Assembly (NCBI GenBank): GCA_045542295.1
Contig: JAZQKT010000007.1
Span: 1 to 41,239, forward strand
Reading direction: 5' to 3'
Source: Acutalibacteraceae bacterium
GTDB lineage: Bacteria; Bacillota; Clostridia; Oscillospirales; Acutalibacteraceae
Length of the DNA stretch: 41,239 nucleotides
In this document: in pieces, positions 1-7,867 of the stretch
How the letters are laid out: the number at the start of each line of letters is the position of its first letter
Position numbering within the stretch: position 1 is the first letter of the stretch
The notes under the pieces: generated by a model
Seen by the model: only the letters and a program-made list of their open reading frames with translations
Told to the model about the DNA's origin: nothing
Databases searched by the model: none
Made by a program: the position numbers and the translations under genes

Positions 1-1
1 C

Positions 2-475
2 CGCAAACCGACAAGGCTGAAAAATTACGATTACAGCCAAAACGGACATTATTTTATAACGGTATGCACAAAGAAGAAGGAAAAACTATTTGGTAAAATT
101 GTAGGGGACGGCGCCTTCGGCGTCCCCAAAATGCAAAAATCACAAATAGGTGAAATTGTTGAACGCTATATATTATCGTCAAATAGCATACCCGGAATTA
201 CTGTTGATAAATATGTAATTATGCCTAATCATATTCATTTGTTGATTAATGTGGCTAATAACGGGACGTCGAGGGCGCCGTCCCCTACAAATAATAAGAT
301 TTCACACACTATATCAACCTTTAAGAGATTTGTTAATAAGTATATTGGATATAATATTTTCCAGCGCTCCTTTCACGACCATATAATCCGCGGTGAAAAT
401 GACTATTTAAAAATTTGGAATTATATTGACACCAACCCACAAAAATGGCGTGAGGATTGTTTTTATACAGAATAG
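2..475 (+). CDS. IS200/IS605-family Y1 (HUH) transposase, REP-associated (RAYT-like); 5' end cut by the window edge
   Basis: The frame of the listed ORF (131..475) stays open back to nt 2 (RKPTRLKNYDYSQNGHYFITVCTKKKEKLFGKIVGDGAFGVPK precedes the listed Met). HUH motif in PNHIHLL. C-terminal catalytic-Tyr region RSFHDHIIRGENDYLKIWNYIDTNP is typical of RAYT-type Y1 transposases. Confidence 0.8.
   Translation, partial: RKPTRLKNYDYSQNGHYFITVCTKKKEKLFGKIVGDGAFGVPKMQKSQIGEIVERYILSSNSIPGITVDKYVIMPNHIHLLINVANNGTSRAPSPTNNKISHTISTFKRFVNKYIGYNIFQRSFHDHIIRGENDYLKIWNYIDTNPQKWREDCFYTE
99..127. repeat. GC-rich hairpin element, left copy of an intragenic inverted-repeat pair
   Basis: ttgtaGGGGACGgcgccttcggCGTCCCC. 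It is self-complementary (7 bp + mismatch + 2 bp stem) and 26/29 identical to the reverse complement of 262-290. Encodes VGDGAFGVP. Confidence 0.85.
262..290. repeat. GC-rich hairpin element, right (inverted) copy
   Basis: cGGGACGtcgagggcgCCGTCCCctacaa. Its reverse complement, ttgtaggggacggcgccctcgacgtcccg, matches 99-127 with 3 mismatches. Encodes GTSRAPSPT in the transposase frame. Confidence 0.85.
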
Positions 476-476
476 C

Positions 477-511
477 AAAAAGGACTTGAGGAATTTTCTT
501 CAAGTCCTTTT
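477..511. terminator. Hairpin terminator downstream of the transposase gene (copy A of a duplicated terminator)
   Basis: aaaaGGACTTGAggaattttctTCAAGTCCtttt, flanked by an A-run and a T-run. Copy B at 1843-1877 has a perfect 11-bp stem. Confidence 0.65.
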
Positions 512-527
512 AATTACGAATTACGCA

Positions 528-607
528 TTATTTATTAAGCGTTTCGTTAACTGCAACAGCTTAAGGCTTCAGTCATTTAGGCATGGGGTTGTTACCTGCA
601 CCGATAA
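528..607 (-). pseudogene. Degenerate 3'-terminal fragment of a GGGtGRT-family gene (duplicate of 1908-1987)
   Basis: The minus strand reads GFIGAGNNPMPK* ... AVAVNETLNK*, against the intact C-terminus GLIGAGNNPMVGMTVACAVAVNEALNK* at 1908-1987. The middle part is scrambled and contains a stop. Confidence 0.75.
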
Positions 608-643
608 ATCCGAATTTGAAACGCGTTTATACTGTATAAATGA

Positions 644-672
644 TTGCATTTGCATTTTATTAGTGATATAAT
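644..672 (+). promoter_or_regulatory. Candidate sigma-70-type promoter for the lipoprotein gene
   Basis: TTGCAT (644-649), 17-nt spacer, TATAAT (667-672), about 40 nt upstream of the start codon. Confidence 0.5.
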
Positions 673-711
673 CAAATTGTAAAGATTGTTGCAAAAAAGG
701 GGATGGTCGTG

Positions 712-1698
712 ATGAAAAAGGTAATACTTGCAGCCGTTGCTGTTTTTGTTGTTCTCGCGTCCTTTTCGGGTTGCGCAAAGAACTCTCAAAAGGGAGACTC
801 CGATTTTGACCTTTCCACCCTTGATTTTGTGAATATAGACTGGGAACGCCACACCGGCTCCTGCACTGAGACAATATATTTTAACGACGACGGAAATTGC
901 GGCTACTACTGCGCCTGCGGCAACCCCGTAAACGATGACGATCTCTGCGAGGGATATTCCTACGACCCCGAAACCGAGACTATTCATCTGGACTTCCACT
1001 CCTCTGTAAAAGGTGTAGTAAGAGAGATAGTAGTTAAAAGCTGCGACGGCGAGACCCTGGTGCTTGATTTTGACGGCGACGTACGCACCTTTGAAAGAGT
1101 TTCAGACGACGAAGTGGAGGACGAAGAATTCCATGCCGGAGACGCTATTTCATACAAAGAAGAGACCTACACCTATCTCGAATTCCCCGGCGATATTTTC
1201 TGCTACGATCTTACGAAAGGACTTGAGGATTACGAGGAGGACGAATTCTGCCCCGTGGATCACGAAAAGTGGAATATCATTTTTTACAATGGAGGTCTTT
1301 TCGTGCTCTCATCTCAGGCTGAAGAAGCTATAGAATATTACAGCGACCGCGCAAACTATACTTGGTCCGTTATTATTTACGACCCCAATGACGACCCCTG
1401 CGGCCCCTACCCCCTTAACGTCAGTGACGAGGAACGCGACTTTATTTACGCCATGGAGGATCTTGAGCGTGACAAGACCCTTGCCTTTGACGATATAGAG
1501 AACTTCGCCTCGCTCGTCAAGATAAGCAACGACGGATTTATTTCCGGTACTGCAAGCCTTGCCGCCCGTGACGGCGTTTGGTACTGGCGTTCAGAGATCA
1601 TAGACGATTCCGTTGAGGGCTGGCCGGAATATGTGGTCCTCCTCCCCGAAAGCATACAGACTCAAATAAATAACTATATAAGTAAAGGCACGAGATAG
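712..1698 (+). CDS. Putative secreted lipoprotein, acidic (Asp/Glu-rich), function unknown
   Basis: Signal peptide plus lipobox (MKKVILAAVAVFVVLASFSGC). The ATG at 712 lies 9 nt after AAGGGG; the ORF-track start at 703 abuts the RBS. No recognisable catalytic motif. Confidence 0.7.
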   Translation: MKKVILAAVAVFVVLASFSGCAKNSQKGDSDFDLSTLDFVNIDWERHTGSCTETIYFNDDGNCGYYCACGNPVNDDDLCEGYSYDPETETIHLDFHSSVKGVVREIVVKSCDGETLVLDFDGDVRTFERVSDDEVEDEEFHAGDAISYKEETYTYLEFPGDIFCYDLTKGLEDYEEDEFCPVDHEKWNIIFYNGGLFVLSSQAEEAIEYYSDRANYTWSVIIYDPNDDPCGPYPLNVSDEERDFIYAMEDLERDKTLAFDDIENFASLVKISNDGFISGTASLAARDGVWYWRSEIIDDSVEGWPEYVVLLPESIQTQINNYISKGTR

Positions 1699-1748
1699 GT
1701 GACCACACCTTCTCCCACAGTCCTCTCAACCATATGACGGGCGAGGAG

Positions 1749-1841
1749 ATAATCCGCGGCGAAAATGACTATTTGAAAATTTGGAATTATATTGACACCA
1801 ACCCACAAAAATGGTGTGAGGATTGTTTTTATACAGAATAG
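1749..1841 (+). pseudogene. 3'-terminal remnant of the RAYT-like transposase gene (duplicate of 383-475)
   Basis: Near-identical to 383-475 (a handful of substitutions). Encodes IIRGENDYLKIWNYIDTNPQKWCEDCFYTE* with no upstream remainder of the gene. Confidence 0.85.
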
Positions 1842-1842
1842 C

Positions 1843-1877
1843 AAAAAGGACTTGAGGAATTTTCCTCAAGTCCTTTT
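1843..1877. terminator. Bidirectional hairpin terminator (copy B), serving the GGGtGRT gene
   Basis: aaaaGGACTTGAGGAatttTCCTCAAGTCCtttt: perfect 11-bp stem with an A-run on one side and a T-run on the other. Confidence 0.75.
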
Positions 1878-1907
1878 AATTACGAATTACGCATTACGAA
1901 TTCCGAA

Positions 1908-2909
1908 TTATTTATTAAGTGCCTCGTTAACTGCAACTGCGCAAGCAACAGTCATACCAACCATTGGGTTGTTACCTGCACCGATAAGACCCATCATCTC
2001 AACGTGAGCGGGAACTGAAGAAGAACCTGCAAACTGTGCGTCAGAGTGCATACGACCCATTGTATCGGTCATACCGTAGGAAGCGGGGCCTGCAGCCATA
2101 TTATCGGGGTGGAGAGTACGACCTGTACCGCCGCCGGAAGCAACAGAGAAATATTTCTTGCCCTGTTCGATACATTCTTTCTTATAGGTACCTGCAACAG
2201 GATGCTGGAAGCGGGTGGGGTTGGTGGAGTTACCGGTAATGGAAACGTCAACACCCTCCTTGTGCATGATAGCAACGCCTTCACGAACATCGTCAGCACC
2301 GTAGCAACGAACCTTTGCGCGCTCGCCCTTTGAGTAAGCGATTTCTTCAACTACAGCAAGCTCACCTGTGAAATAGTCAAACTTTGTTTGAACATAGGTA
2401 AAGCCGTTGATTCTTGAAATGATTTTAGCAGCGTCCTTTCCAAGACCGTTAAGAACAACGCGGAGAGGTTCTTTTCTTGCCTTGTTAGCGCTCTTTGCAA
2501 GACCGATTGCACCTTCAGCAGCAGCGAAGGATTCGTGACCTGCGGGGCATGCAAAGCACTTTGTCTCCTCACGGAGAAGCATTGCACCAAGGTTACCGTG
2601 ACCAAGACCAACCTTACGGTCATCAGCAACAGAGCCGGGGATACAGAAAGACTGGAGACCTACACCGATTTTTTCGGCAGCCTCGGCAGCACTCTTAACC
2701 TCATCTTTAATTGCGATGGCGCAACCTACGATATAAGCCCAAGCCGCATTTTCAAAGCAGATAGGCTGAATATCCTTAACGATATTATAAGCATCAACGC
2801 CTGCCTTGTCGCAGATTTCTTTAGCCTCTTCAATGGAAGAAATGCCGTGCTTTTTAAGCTCTGCGTTGATTTGATTTATTCTTCTGTCATAGCTTTCAAA
2901 TAATGCCAT
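1908..2909 (-). CDS. GGGtGRT family protein (conserved, function unknown)
   Basis: Contains the eponymous SGGGTGRT motif (VASGGGTGRTLHP). The ~333-aa length is typical. The RBS (aaggagga) precedes the ATG. Confidence 0.85.
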   Translation of the reverse strand: MALFESYDRRINQINAELKKHGISSIEEAKEICDKAGVDAYNIVKDIQPICFENAAWAYIVGCAIAIKDEVKSAAEAAEKIGVGLQSFCIPGSVADDRKVGLGHGNLGAMLLREETKCFACPAGHESFAAAEGAIGLAKSANKARKEPLRVVLNGLGKDAAKIISRINGFTYVQTKFDYFTGELAVVEEIAYSKGERAKVRCYGADDVREGVAIMHKEGVDVSITGNSTNPTRFQHPVAGTYKKECIEQGKKYFSVASGGGTGRTLHPDNMAAGPASYGMTDTMGRMHSDAQFAGSSSVPAHVEMMGLIGAGNNPMVGMTVACAVAVNEALNK

Positions 2910-2927
2910 TGATCATTTCCTCCTTAA

Positions 2928-3620
2928 TTATTCTTCTCTGGGGTCGATGAGTCTTGCAGCATCATCAACACGTCCGTACTGGCCGCTGGCTTTAGCAAGT
3001 GCCTCATTAGCGTCCATACCTTTTTTAATCATATCCATCATTTTGCCGAGGTGTACGAACTTGTAACCGATAATGGTGTCGTTCTCGTCAATAGCGATTT
3101 TGGTGATATAGCCTTCAGCAAGCTCAAGATAACGAGGACCTTTAGCCTTTGTAGCAAAGGTGGTACCTGTTTGTGAACGAAGACCCTTACCCAAATCTTC
3201 AAGACCTGCACCTATCGGAAGACCGTCTTCAGAGAAAGCGGTCTGTGTACGACCGTAAACAATCTGGAGGAAGAGCTCACGCATAGCGGTGTTGATAGCA
3301 TCGCATACGAGGTCTGTATTAAGAGCTTCAAGGATTGTTTTGCCAACCAAAATTTCAGAAGCCATAGCAGCTGAATGTGTCATACCCGGGCAACCGGGTG
3401 TTTCAACCAAGGCTTCTTCAATGATACCCTCTTTAACGTTAAGGGTAAGTTTGCAGGTTCCCTGTTGAGGAGCGCACCAGCCCACACCGTGTGTAAGACC
3501 GGAAACGTCTTTAATTTCCTTAACCTGAACCCATTTGCCCTCCTCCGGAATGGGAGCGGGGCCGTGATATGTGCCTTTAGCAAGCGGGCACATATTTTCT
3601 ACTTCATGTGAATAGTTCAT
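2928..3620 (-). CDS. NifU-N/IscU-like iron-sulfur scaffold-like protein, the usual partner of GGGtGRT genes
   Basis: Three conserved Cys contexts (MCPLAKG, VGWCAPQQG, TPGCPGMTH) in an IscU-like N-terminal half. It lies 18 nt upstream of the GGGtGRT gene on the same strand. Confidence 0.7.
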   Translation of the reverse strand: MNYSHEVENMCPLAKGTYHGPAPIPEEGKWVQVKEIKDVSGLTHGVGWCAPQQGTCKLTLNVKEGIIEEALVETPGCPGMTHSAAMASEILVGKTILEALNTDLVCDAINTAMRELFLQIVYGRTQTAFSEDGLPIGAGLEDLGKGLRSQTGTTFATKAKGPRYLELAEGYITKIAIDENDTIIGYKFVHLGKMMDMIKKGMDANEALAKASGQYGRVDDAARLIDPREE

Positions 3621-3740
3621 TATATGTACTCCTTTCAGATTTGTCAGACTAAAATTTTAAAGTATCAGTCCATACCAAACAACATTATACCAAAATGCGA
3701 CAGAAAAGACAATAGAAATCTGTGAAAAAAATAACGTTTT

Positions 3741-4220
3741 CTAATCTTTTTGTGCCATAACACTCTCAAAATAGTCTTCAGCGGTCTTTTGGCAGGCCTC
3801 AATAAGGCTGATTTTGTTGTCATAGGTCATATCAGCTTCAACGGCTTTCAAAATTTCTGCCTTTGCGACTTCGGTTCTGCCTAAAATAAGGTTAACAAGC
3901 TCTTTGGGGTCATAACCGTCATCAGAGGAGGTGAGTTTGTTGCAGCAGCTTGTTGCTTTAACCACGATTTTACCGATAACCGATGCACCGAATTTAGCTT
4001 CATCCGACAGCTTTGCTTGGTTTTTTACCTTTTCTTCAAGTTGCTTTAAAGGAGCAGAGGCTTCTTGTTTGGCAGAAAGCTCGTTTATTTCATTTTTCAG
4101 CTTTTCAATCTCGGCAGAAAGCTCGGATATTTGCTCATTAGCTTCAGAGTATAGCCTTTTATACTTTTGTTCGCTTTCAAAAAGCTTTTGGTTAAGCTTT
4201 AGGAGTTCACTTTTTCTCAT
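3741..4220 (-). CDS. Hypothetical coiled-coil protein
   Basis: N-terminal ~90 aa are heptad-rich (LKLNQKLFESEQKYKRLYSEANEQISELSAEIEKLKNEINELSAKQE). The ATG at 4220 with GGGAAG 7 nt upstream is preferred over the GTG at 4226. Confidence 0.55.
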   Translation of the reverse strand: MRKSELLKLNQKLFESEQKYKRLYSEANEQISELSAEIEKLKNEINELSAKQEASAPLKQLEEKVKNQAKLSDEAKFGASVIGKIVVKATSCCNKLTSSDDGYDPKELVNLILGRTEVAKAEILKAVEADMTYDNKISLIEACQKTAEDYFESVMAQKD

Positions 4221-4234
4221 GTTCACACTTCCCG

Positions 4235-4723
4235 TCAGGTGTATTTTTTAATAAATTTAAATTTGCAAAGCTTTACTATGAGTGCCGCAAAGGCTATTCC
4301 GAGCAGAGCGCCGCAGGAATCAATGAAAACATCTCTTAATTCGCCGCTTCTGCCGTTAACAAAGGTTTGGTGAAATTCATCACCGACCGAATACAAAATG
4401 CAAAAAAACAATGGCAACACGGTGCGGAGCTTAAAGGAAAGCTTTTTATAGGTCACAATGCTTAAAAAGGCGAGTACGCCTAAAATTCCGTAAATTGTGA
4501 AATGTGCCGTTTTGCGGACATAAAACTGTATTTTATGACTTAAAGCATCCTGTTCGCTTTTGGGTAGTTCATCAAAATCCTCAAAAAAAAGAGCGATGAT
4601 AACGGTCTTTAGGCGTCCGCTTGTTTTGGAGGAGGTTTCTGCCGTCTCGGCAGAAAGGCTGAAAATCAAAAGCATCCAAGACGCCAACAAAATTACGGTA
4701 ATTGTTCTGAAAATTTTCAGCAT
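4235..4723 (-). CDS. VanZ family membrane protein
   Basis: Four TM segments. VanZ-like motifs RKTAHFTIYGILG and DEFHQTFVNGRSGELRDVFIDSCGALLG. Confidence 0.75.
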   Translation of the reverse strand: MLKIFRTITVILLASWMLLIFSLSAETAETSSKTSGRLKTVIIALFFEDFDELPKSEQDALSHKIQFYVRKTAHFTIYGILGVLAFLSIVTYKKLSFKLRTVLPLFFCILYSVGDEFHQTFVNGRSGELRDVFIDSCGALLGIAFAALIVKLCKFKFIKKYT

Positions 4724-4783
4724 ATATTACTCCTTCCAATCAAAAACCGCCACCGTCAATGCCGGTGACGGCTGATATTTTAA

Positions 4784-5995
4784 TTATTTTACTTTTGAAT
4801 AGTAATTCATAGGGTTAACATAACCGTCCTTATTGCGCATTATGCCAAAGTGTAAATGGTAACCGGTGGAGTCACCCGTTGTGCCTACATATCCGATAAC
4901 CTGACCCTGTTTAACCTTTTGACCGTTGCTGACAGCGGTGGTATTCATATGAGCATACATTGCCTTAATGTGATCGCCACCTACAATACCGTGGTCAATA
5001 GCCACATGGTTACCCCAACCGCTACCGCATCGGCAACGGCTGCCCCTGTCCTTATGGGGACAGCTATTATAAACCTCATAAACAGTACCATCGGTAATAG
5101 CAACGATAGGCTTGCCGAATATACCTCCGCCTGAAATATCAATACCACGGTGTATTGTACCCCAACGTGGACCGTAATAAGAGGTGATATTCTGACAGCT
5201 TGGAACCGGCCACACAAAGCCGACTACAGAGTTAATAAAGGTTTGGCCCGAACCGCCGTAAAGAAGCTTATTAAGATACTCAGTTTTTTCCTTAATGGTG
5301 GCTTCAACAGCCGCATTATCCTTTTCTGCTTGGGACTGCTCCGAGGAAATTGAATTATAAATCTTCTGAGCGGCAGCTTCTTCTGCTTCAAGCTCCTTTT
5401 GAGCGGCAACTATTGTTGCACGAACTGCAACCTGTTCTTGGAGAAGCTTTTCGTTTTCTTGATTTTTTTCTTCAAGAACCTTTATTACGGCAACCAATTC
5501 CTCGATCATACGCTTGTCCCTTGATGAGATAGAAGCGGTAAGCTGTGAAAGCTGCAGAAAATCCGAAAAATTTTCTGCTCCCATAAGAATTTGAATGTTG
5601 CTGCCGGGATTGCTCATATAAATTGCGCGGATACGCTTTTTAAAGGCAAGCTTATTAGCTTCAATTTCCTTATTTTGGGCTTCAATTTCCTTCTTATTCT
5701 TGTCAATCTTGGCATTGATTGCATTGATTTCGGTATTGCAACGAACAACCTGCGCCTGAATATTGGCAATTTTTTTCTGAACGGCGGCAAGTATTGCTGA
5801 TTGACTTTGTTTTTCGTTCTTAAGACGTTTAATTTCAGCTTCAAGAGCGGCAGATTCCTTCTGTAAAGCCGCAATATCATTTCTAAGGGAGCTTTCGCTC
5901 GCGGCTTCTGCAATCCAATTTGTGCTGTTCAGCACAAGAAAGGTCAAACAAAAGCAAAGAAGCGCTGAAAGAAAACGGGTTATAATTTTTTTCAT
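4784..5995 (-). CDS. M23/LytM-family peptidase with a long N-terminal coiled coil (EnvC/PcsB-like FtsEX partner)
   Basis: Membrane anchor MKKIITRFLSALLCFCLTFLVL, a ~230-aa coiled coil, and C-terminal HRGIDI and GYHLHFG metal-binding motifs. The ATG at 5995 preceded by GGAGGA is preferred; the ORF-track start at 6061 would overlap ftsX. Confidence 0.85.
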   Translation of the reverse strand: MKKIITRFLSALLCFCLTFLVLNSTNWIAEAASESSLRNDIAALQKESAALEAEIKRLKNEKQSQSAILAAVQKKIANIQAQVVRCNTEINAINAKIDKNKKEIEAQNKEIEANKLAFKKRIRAIYMSNPGSNIQILMGAENFSDFLQLSQLTASISSRDKRMIEELVAVIKVLEEKNQENEKLLQEQVAVRATIVAAQKELEAEEAAAQKIYNSISSEQSQAEKDNAAVEATIKEKTEYLNKLLYGGSGQTFINSVVGFVWPVPSCQNITSYYGPRWGTIHRGIDISGGGIFGKPIVAITDGTVYEVYNSCPHKDRGSRCRCGSGWGNHVAIDHGIVGGDHIKAMYAHMNTTAVSNGQKVKQGQVIGYVGTTGDSTGYHLHFGIMRNKDGYVNPMNYYSKVK

Positions 5996-6032
5996 AAAAT
6001 CCTCCGAAATAAACTTAAATGGGGGAGCTGTT

Positions 6033-7130
6033 TTAAATTGCGGCAAATTCACTTCCCTCACGTTTGAGGTATTTGCCGATCATTATAGCACTGCCCAGCA
6101 TACCAGCTAAAACGCCGATGCAGGCGAATACGATAAGCAACAGCCAAGCCATTTCGCCGTATTTCACAATATCGGTAGTGCCCAGGGTTTTAACGATTGT
6201 TTCGGTTGCTACACGGTAGCAGAAGTAAAGCAAGCCTTCTGAAATGAGGGCTGAAATAAGTCCGATAAGCACACCCTCAACAACAAAGGGGATACGTACA
6301 AAGGCATCAGTAGCACCTACGGCCTTCATAATGCTTATTTCAAGCTTACGGTTGTACATTGTAACACGTATTGTATTAGAAACAATTACAAGCGAAATAA
6401 TTATAAGAATTGCGATAATCCAAATACCTGCAACGGTTAAGCCTTTTTTAATGGCTGTAATTTTTTCGGCAAGACCGCTTTGAGAACGGATAACATCAAT
6501 ACCCTCAAGCTTTGAAATTTTCTCAACCGTTTGGTCGAAAAGCTCCATTTTCTCCATTTTAATTTTTGCGGCACCGGACATAGGGTTACCGTACTTTTCG
6601 TCAAGGAAGGTGAAATACTCCTCTTGACCTTCAAGCATGGATTCTTTTATGGTTTCAAGACCTTCCTCGCTTGTGATATAGGTCACTTCAACCACATTAT
6701 CAATTTCTCTTATTTTATCACAAAGCGCATCTGCTTCTTCACGGTTATGTATTACATAATCATCGGGACGGATTCCGTTTTCGTCAGCCTTGTCAGAAGC
6801 AGTACCCTCGGCTTCTTCGCCGTCCTTACTGTCGGCTTGGGAGTCGCCATCTTCACTCTCGGTGGTTGCTTTGTCAGAGGAAGCGGTATCTTCCGCTTTT
6901 TCTTCCGTGCCGTAAAGCGCCCAGTTATAGTCCTTCATATAGGCAATAACAACATTTTGATTCTCCAAATTGCCGATTGCCTTATTGATGTTTTGGGAAA
7001 TAAGAAGTGCAAGACCGATAATAACCATACAAGCAACAAGCACGCCGATAGAGGCTAATGTCATAAGACTGTTAGCCCAGGAATTTTTAACACCTTCGCC
7101 AATAAGGTATTTCACACTGCGTAGTTTCAT
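6033..7130 (-). CDS. ftsX: Cell-division ABC transporter permease FtsX (with an acidic insertion in the extracellular domain)
   Basis: TM1, an extracellular domain, then three C-terminal TM helices (FtsX-like permease). 4-nt overlap with the upstream ftsE. Confidence 0.85.
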   Translation of the reverse strand: MKLRSVKYLIGEGVKNSWANSLMTLASIGVLVACMVIIGLALLISQNINKAIGNLENQNVVIAYMKDYNWALYGTEEKAEDTASSDKATTESEDGDSQADSKDGEEAEGTASDKADENGIRPDDYVIHNREEADALCDKIREIDNVVEVTYITSEEGLETIKESMLEGQEEYFTFLDEKYGNPMSGAAKIKMEKMELFDQTVEKISKLEGIDVIRSQSGLAEKITAIKKGLTVAGIWIIAILIIISLVIVSNTIRVTMYNRKLEISIMKAVGATDAFVRIPFVVEGVLIGLISALISEGLLYFCYRVATETIVKTLGTTDIVKYGEMAWLLLIVFACIGVLAGMLGSAIMIGKYLKREGSEFAAI

Positions 7131-7852
7131 TGTGCATTACCTCCGGCATTATCTGCTACTATTCTACCGCCGTCAAGCATTATAACTCTGTGCTGAAATT
7201 CGCGCACAAGGTTATGGTCATGCGTGACCATCAAAACGGTGGTGCCTTGCTTGTTGATTTCTGTAAGCATCTCAACGATTTTGTAAGACATATTGGGGTC
7301 AACGTTACCCGTAGGCTCGTCCGCAATAATAAGGTTTGGGGAATTGATAAGCGCACGCGCAAGACCTACACGCTGTTGCTCACCGCCCGAAAGCTGTGAC
7401 GGCATTGAACGTGCCTTGTGGCCGAGACCCACTTTAGCCAATGCCTTTGAAACCTCTTTGCGGATATTTTTTTCCGAAGCGCCCACAACACGCATTGCAA
7501 AGGCAACATTCTGAAAAACGTTCATGTTGGGGATTAAACGGAAATCCTGGAATACAATGCCCATTGTTCTTCTGAATATGGGTACCTGCTTGCGTTTCAT
7601 TTCGGTAAGGTTAAAGCCGTTAACCAATATTTTGCCGGTGTTTGCTTTTTCCTCACGCATAATAAGCTTCATAAAGGTACTTTTACCTGCACCCGAAGAA
7701 CCAACCACAAAAACAAACTCGCCGTTGTTTATTGTAATGTTTACATCCTCTAAAGCGTGGGTACCGGTAAGATAAGTTTTGGAAACACTGCGAAACTCAA
7801 TAATAGGCTTCTGCGGTGTCAGAGTTTCGCCGGTTGTCAATACTTGCTCCAT
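7127..7852 (-). CDS. ftsE: Cell-division ATP-binding protein FtsE
   Basis: Walker [13 protein letters not shown] signature LSGGEQQR, Walker B LIIADEP. Followed by ftsX. Confidence 0.9.
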   Translation of the reverse strand: MEQVLTTGETLTPQKPIIEFRSVSKTYLTGTHALEDVNITINNGEFVFVVGSSGAGKSTFMKLIMREEKANTGKILVNGFNLTEMKRKQVPIFRRTMGIVFQDFRLIPNMNVFQNVAFAMRVVGASEKNIRKEVSKALAKVGLGHKARSMPSQLSGGEQQRVGLARALINSPNLIIADEPTGNVDPNMSYKIVEMLTEINKQGTTVLMVTHDHNLVREFQHRVIMLDGGRIVADNAGGNAQ

Positions 7853-7867
7853 TAAAAATCCACTTTC

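Noticed and set aside
569-999. Minus-strand ORFs 569..874 and 592..999, antisense to the lipoprotein gene and junction.
   Set aside because: They overlap a better-supported plus-strand gene and the duplicated junction. They have no RBS or family resemblance. They are shadow ORFs.
3641-3653. The 13-nt string ttgtcagactaaa is shared between the NifU-like gene leader (3641-3653) and the T-box leader (28428-28440).
   Set aside because: Exact matches of this length are expected by chance many times in a 41-kb window on two strands. The flanks do not extend the similarity.
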